Source: an uncultured Acidobacteriota bacterium
GTDB taxonomy: Bacteria > Acidobacteriota > Terriglobia > Bryobacterales > Bryobacteraceae
Assembly: GCA_963799805.1 (NCBI GenBank)
Contig: CAWCYF010000001.1
Span: 835,179 to 899,178, forward strand
Direction of reading: 5' to 3'
Length of the DNA stretch: 64,000 nucleotides
The notes beneath the pieces are model-generated. The model did no database searches. It saw nothing but the letters and a program-made list of their open reading frames with translations, and had not been told where the DNA came from. A program made the translations under genes and the position numbers. This document shows, in pieces, positions 60,243-64,000 of this stretch. Within the stretch, counting starts at the first letter, position 1, and each line of letters starts with the position of its first letter.

Positions 60243-62012
60243 ATGAGGCCAATAGTAGTTTTCACCGCATTTACATTATGGCCTCTCACCGCCAACGCCG
60301 CGCCGCCACCGACTTTTGCCCATGACATCGCTCCCATCGTGTATCAATATTGCGCGTCCTGCCATCGCCCTGGCGAATCTGGGCCCTTTCCGCTGCTCAG
60401 CTATGCCGATGTAAAAGAGCACGCCCGCCAGATCGCGGATGTGACGCGCCGCCGTTTCATGCCGCCCTGGTCTCCCGAGCCGGGTTACGGCAATTTCTCG
60501 GGTGAGCTGCGGCTGAGCAATGCGCAGATCGCCACGATCGCCGAATGGGTGAGCCAGGGTGCGCCAAAGGTTCCGTCATCGGAGACTCCACCGCTTCCAC
60601 ATTTCACCGAGGGATGGCAACTCGGTCCACCCGACATGATCCTGGAAGCGCCGAGTGCGTACAGCGTGCCTGCCGGGGGCCCGGATGTGTATTGGAACTT
60701 CATCTTCACGCCCGATATTAAGGCGACGCGCTATGTACGCGCGATAGAGATTCGTCCCGGCGGCAAGCGGATTGTGCATCACGCGAACCTCTATATGGAC
60801 CGAACGCGCTCGGCGCGCCACCAGGAGATTGCGCCAGGTTCGGGTTTTCCGGGAATGGATCCGGTGATCGAGCGCACCACCTTCGAACCCGATGACGGAC
60901 ATTTTTTATTCTGGAAGCCGGGCGGGATGCCCCACGTAGAGCCGGACGGGCTCGCGTTACGTCTCGATCCGGGCAGCGATCTGGTGCTGAACGCCCATCT
61001 TCGGCCCACCGGGAAACCCGAGCAGGCGCGGCCCTCCATTGGACTTTATTTCACCGATAAACCGCCGGATCGTTTCCCGATGTTGATTCAGCTAGAGCAT
61101 GACGGCGCGCTGGACATTCCTCCCGGCGACCCGGACTTTCTCGTGTCCGACGATTTCCGGCTTCCGCTTGACGTCGACGTGCTCGCGGTCTATCCGCACG
61201 CGCATTACTTAGGGCATCTCCTCGAAGGCTACGCCACGCTACCGGGCGGGGAGCGTAAATGGCTCATCCGCATTCCGGATTGGGACACGAACTGGCAGTC
61301 CGTATATTACTATCGCGAGCCCTTATTTCTTCCCAGGGGATCGACCATTTCAATGCGGTACCACTACGACAACTCTGAGGCGAATCCGAGAAATCCGAAC
61401 CATCCCCCGCGACGCGTTATGGCCGGCAATCAATCCACCGACGAGATGGGCCATCTGTGGTTGCAGATGTTGCCGCATGGGACCGGAGACGGGCGCATGG
61501 AACTGGAGGAGGCCCTGCTGCGGCACCGTCTGGAGAAGTATCCGGACGATTTCATGGCGCACTTTAAGCTTGGCGCGCTAAGGCTGGCCCGGCTCGATCC
61601 TCCGGGAGCCCTTTCGCTGCTTCAGGCAGCGGTGCGGATCGAGCCAGATCACCCGGAAGCACGCAACCTGCTCGGTTCGGCGCTGGCAGCTCTGGGACGT
61701 ACCACAGAGGCAATGGATCAATTCCGGCTAGCGCTCAAGACACGACCGGATTACGGCAATGCGCGCTACAATCTCGCCAGGATACTTGTGAAAGCTGGCC
61801 GCTATGACGAGGCCATCGAGAATTACCTTCAGGTTTTAGAAAGCTTTCCGCGGGATGCCCAGGTGCGGAACGAACTTGGGGAGCTTTATTTGCGGCGGAG
61901 CAAGTTTGCCGAAGCGCTCGAAATGTTCAATCAGGCTCTCGCCATCGATCCTTTAAATGAGGCTGCCCGGCGGAACCGTGAGACGGCGCGGCGGGGCAGC
62001 CCAGAAAAGTAA
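60243..62012 (+). CDS. secreted multidomain protein: CxxCH haem-binding motif plus copper-monooxygenase-like (PHM/DBH-type) beta-sandwich region plus C-terminal TPR repeats
   Basis: Intact 589-aa ORF with a signal peptide, CASCHRPGESGPFPLLSY, His-rich blocks (IVHHANLY, VYPHAHYLGH, STDEMGHLWLQM) and four to five TPR units at the C-terminus. The monooxygenase-fold assignment is tentative. Confidence 0.75.
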   Translation: MRPIVVFTAFTLWPLTANAAPPPTFAHDIAPIVYQYCASCHRPGESGPFPLLSYADVKEHARQIADVTRRRFMPPWSPEPGYGNFSGELRLSNAQIATIAEWVSQGAPKVPSSETPPLPHFTEGWQLGPPDMILEAPSAYSVPAGGPDVYWNFIFTPDIKATRYVRAIEIRPGGKRIVHHANLYMDRTRSARHQEIAPGSGFPGMDPVIERTTFEPDDGHFLFWKPGGMPHVEPDGLALRLDPGSDLVLNAHLRPTGKPEQARPSIGLYFTDKPPDRFPMLIQLEHDGALDIPPGDPDFLVSDDFRLPLDVDVLAVYPHAHYLGHLLEGYATLPGGERKWLIRIPDWDTNWQSVYYYREPLFLPRGSTISMRYHYDNSEANPRNPNHPPRRVMAGNQSTDEMGHLWLQMLPHGTGDGRMELEEALLRHRLEKYPDDFMAHFKLGALRLARLDPPGALSLLQAAVRIEPDHPEARNLLGSALAALGRTTEAMDQFRLALKTRPDYGNARYNLARILVKAGRYDEAIENYLQVLESFPRDAQVRNELGELYLRRSKFAEALEMFNQALAIDPLNEAARRNRETARRGSPEK

Positions 62013-62018
62013 AAACCG

Positions 62019-62642
62019 TTAGGCTTTCCTCCCGCGCCGCAACAGGCCGAGCGCCGCCAGACCGAATCCGCCCAACATAAACGAAGCTGGCTCCGGGACT
62101 GAAGAGGTTTTATTGAAATCAAGCTCGCTCAGGAGAACGTTGCCACTGGTCGCGGTAACGTCGATATACGTGTCCGCAACAGTTCCGAGAGAGAAGTCCC
62201 CTTCGGTGCTCCCGGATAGAAGTAGAGTCGCGCCGTTGTGACCTGACCCGGTCAGATTATATACGTTTGTATTGGCCGAATTGGTCTCATATATCGCCCA
62301 GCCATCGTCGCCGGTGCTGCTTTCCATTCCGATCGATAACGGATTGTCTCCCAGAATTTGAGTGATATTGAGCTGGATGTAATGTCCAGAAGTGATCTCG
62401 TGATCCCCCGACGGATCGCTGGTCAGACCCAGCCCATTTTCGTCGCCTCCCGCCATTTTTTGATACAAGTCGTTGTTATATCCGCTGGGGTCAGCCGTTG
62501 CAACCACTGAAAAGCCGCCGCCGGTGAATGTCGCGGTGGAACCAAGATTTCCTCCGGCCGCACTCCCAAAATTGATAAAGACCGGGGTTGCATTTGCAGC
62601 CACAGCCAAAAAGAAACAATTAAGCAGAATTGTCGTTTTCAT
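62019..62642 (-). CDS. PEP-CTERM sorting-domain secreted protein
   Basis: ATG at 62642 follows GGAGG. A signal peptide (MKTTILLNCFFLAVAANA) is present, and the C-terminus is VPEPASFMLGGFGLAALGLLRRGRKA. Confidence 0.85.
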   Translation of the reverse strand: MKTTILLNCFFLAVAANATPVFINFGSAAGGNLGSTATFTGGGFSVVATADPSGYNNDLYQKMAGGDENGLGLTSDPSGDHEITSGHYIQLNITQILGDNPLSIGMESSTGDDGWAIYETNSANTNVYNLTGSGHNGATLLLSGSTEGDFSLGTVADTYIDVTATSGNVLLSELDFNKTSSVPEPASFMLGGFGLAALGLLRRGRKA

Positions 62643-62754
62643 TATTCCTCCGAACGTTGAATTACGTAAATCGATCCTACCGGCATGGTTTGAGCCCAGC
62701 AATAGTTAACTCGTACCGGTACGATTAATTGCTCAATCTCAGTAAATCTACTGA

Positions 62755-63246
62755 TTAAGGTTCTGGATGGTTCAGTGCCGCCGACAATTTCTCGTAGGTT
62801 GTGTCCAGATCCTCCGGAAGCACTCGCGTATCCGCGACGGTGGTCATGAAGTTCACGTCGCCGGACCAGCGCGGCAGCACGTGCATATGCAGGTGCCCCG
62901 GTATACCCGCGCCGGCGCAATGGCCGATATTGATGCCGAGATTGAAGCCGGCCGGCCGGTATACGATGTTGAGCGCCACCTCGGCCTTCCGCGCCAGCCG
63001 CATCATTTCTTCAAGCGTGCGCGGATCGCATTCCTCAAGCGTCGGCGCATGCGCGTACGGCGCGATCATCAGGTGTCCGGTGGTGTATGGATACGGGTTC
63101 AGCAGAATGAAATTTCGTTCCGCGCGCAGCAGAATGTAGTTCTTCCGGTCGTCCGGATCAGACGCCTTTCTGCAGAACAGACACTCGTCCCTGAGAGCCG
63201 CCGAGGAGATGTACCGGTATCTCCAGGGACTCCAGAGATACTCCAT
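62755..63246 (-). CDS. HIT-family nucleotide hydrolase/transferase (Ap4A-phosphorylase-like)
   Basis: Intact 163-aa ORF containing the histidine triad GHLHMHVLPRW. Confidence 0.85.
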   Translation of the reverse strand: MEYLWSPWRYRYISSAALRDECLFCRKASDPDDRKNYILLRAERNFILLNPYPYTTGHLMIAPYAHAPTLEECDPRTLEEMMRLARKAEVALNIVYRPAGFNLGINIGHCAGAGIPGHLHMHVLPRWSGDVNFMTTVADTRVLPEDLDTTYEKLSAALNHPEP

Positions 63247-63574
63247 GAATCAGGTATGCGCGGCGTCGGGCGGAATGGCGTTCGCCGCTGCCCTGGGAGT
63301 CGCCATTGACCAGGTCTTTCAGTTCCTTGCTGGGCTTGAAATAGGGGATACGCTTGGCCGGGACTTCCACGCGCGCGCCGGTTTTGGGATTGCGGCCCAC
63401 CCGCGGCTGCCGCTGGCGAGTGCGGAAGCTGCCAAAGCCCCGGATCTCGATTTTATCCCCGCCGCGCAAAGCGCGAACGACGCTGTCGAAGATGGCCTCG
63501 ACGATCACCTCCGAATCCTTGCGCGTCATCTCCACGACGCGGGAGACCTCTTCGATCAATTCCGCCTTGGTCAT
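63158..63574 (-). CDS. integration host factor / HU-family DNA-binding protein (C-terminal tail probably artefactually extended)
   Basis: MTKAELIEEV...IEIRGFGSFRTRQRQPRVGRNPKTGARVEVPAKRIPYFKPSKELK is a typical IHF/HU fold. The ORF then runs 89 nt into the HIT gene, whereas a neighbouring frame stops at 63250-63252, just before the HIT ATG. Confidence 0.8.
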   Translation of the reverse strand: MTKAELIEEVSRVVEMTRKDSEVIVEAIFDSVVRALRGGDKIEIRGFGSFRTRQRQPRVGRNPKTGARVEVPAKRIPYFKPSKELKDLVNGDSQGSGERHSARRRAYLIHGVSLESLEIPVHLLGGSQGRVSVLQKGV

Positions 63575-64000
63575 GTTAACGGCTTTCCCCTTTTCCTCGT
63601 AAGCTCATCACTTCCTCCATGGTCATGGTGGCGGCTGTCGGCCTGGCGCTGATAATCCTCCAGGCGCGTGCGTTCCTCGTCGTCGGCCACGGCGCGAAGG
63701 CTCAATCCGATTTTCTTGTCGGCCTCGTTCATCTTAATAATCTTGAAATCGTACTCGTCGCCGATCGGCAGCGGCGCGTCACCTGCCGCGGCCCGCTCCG
63801 GCATGGGCGGGATCTCCGATTTGTGGCACAGCCCTTCCACGCCGGGCGCCAGCTCCACGAATACGCCGAAGGGCGCCGCCCGGCACACGCGCCCGCGCAC
63901 CAGATCGTCGATTTCATGGGTCCGGAAGAAACTCTCCCAGGCATCCGGCTGAAGCTGTTTGACGCCCAGCGAAAGCCGGCGGTTGGGAGCATCGATATTC
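63571..64000 (-). CDS. rpsA: 30S ribosomal protein S1, C-terminal part (gene continues right of the window)
   Basis: The frame is open to the window edge: NIDAPNRRLSLGVKQLQPDAWESFF...GRVCRAAPFGVFVELAPGVEGLCHKSEI...KIGLSLRAV (S1 domain). The stop overlaps the IHF ATG. Confidence 0.75.
   Translation of the reverse strand, partial: NIDAPNRRLSLGVKQLQPDAWESFFRTHEIDDLVRGRVCRAAPFGVFVELAPGVEGLCHKSEIPPMPERAAAGDAPLPIGDEYDFKIIKMNEADKKIGLSLRAVADDEERTRLEDYQRQADSRHHDHGGSDELTRKRGKPLT

Overview
High-GC bacterial chromosomal window. The gene content (PEP-CTERM protein, TonB-dependent-receptor tail, VWFA protein, many TPR proteins) suggests an Acidobacteriota-like organism; this is inference only. No rRNA and no CRISPR array were seen. 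About 1-25.6 kb looks accessory and partly decayed. It holds a Kelch/E-set protein with an unusual cysteine-register N-terminus, an orphan solute-binding protein, ArsR plus alpha-carbonic anhydrase, DUF3500, PolX with an in-frame stop, cupin/VOC proteins, PilZ and HNH genes, a PQQ sugar dehydrogenase, and a Rieske oxygenase plus MFS pair. It also holds many gene fragments: TBDR, transposase N-terminus, fdhA-like, FAD oxidoreductase, enolase-superfamily, IS6 transposase and serine recombinase. About 25.6-64 kb is mostly core: pckG, aldo/keto reductase, ymdB-like, moeA-moaC-moaB, VWA, clpS, tmRNA followed by a small DUF4238 islet, ruvX-mltG, and an ARG-box-preceded argF-argG-argH-argR operon. 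It continues with a polysaccharide-type locus (GT2/GT4 fusion, Zn-ribbon repeat protein, TPR, GT2-methyltransferase, dehydrogenase, epimerase, LMW phosphatase), cvpA, purC, tRNA-Leu(CAG), an RRM protein, a CxxCH/monooxygenase-like/TPR protein, HIT, IHF/HU and the rpsA 3' end. Major caveat: between about 28.5 and 58.7 kb most conserved genes can only be read by switching frame, usually at short homopolymers. This fits indel errors in the assembly better than biology. Such genes are listed as pseudogene, meaning disrupted as assembled. Their switch positions and some gene ends were hand-derived and are approximate.
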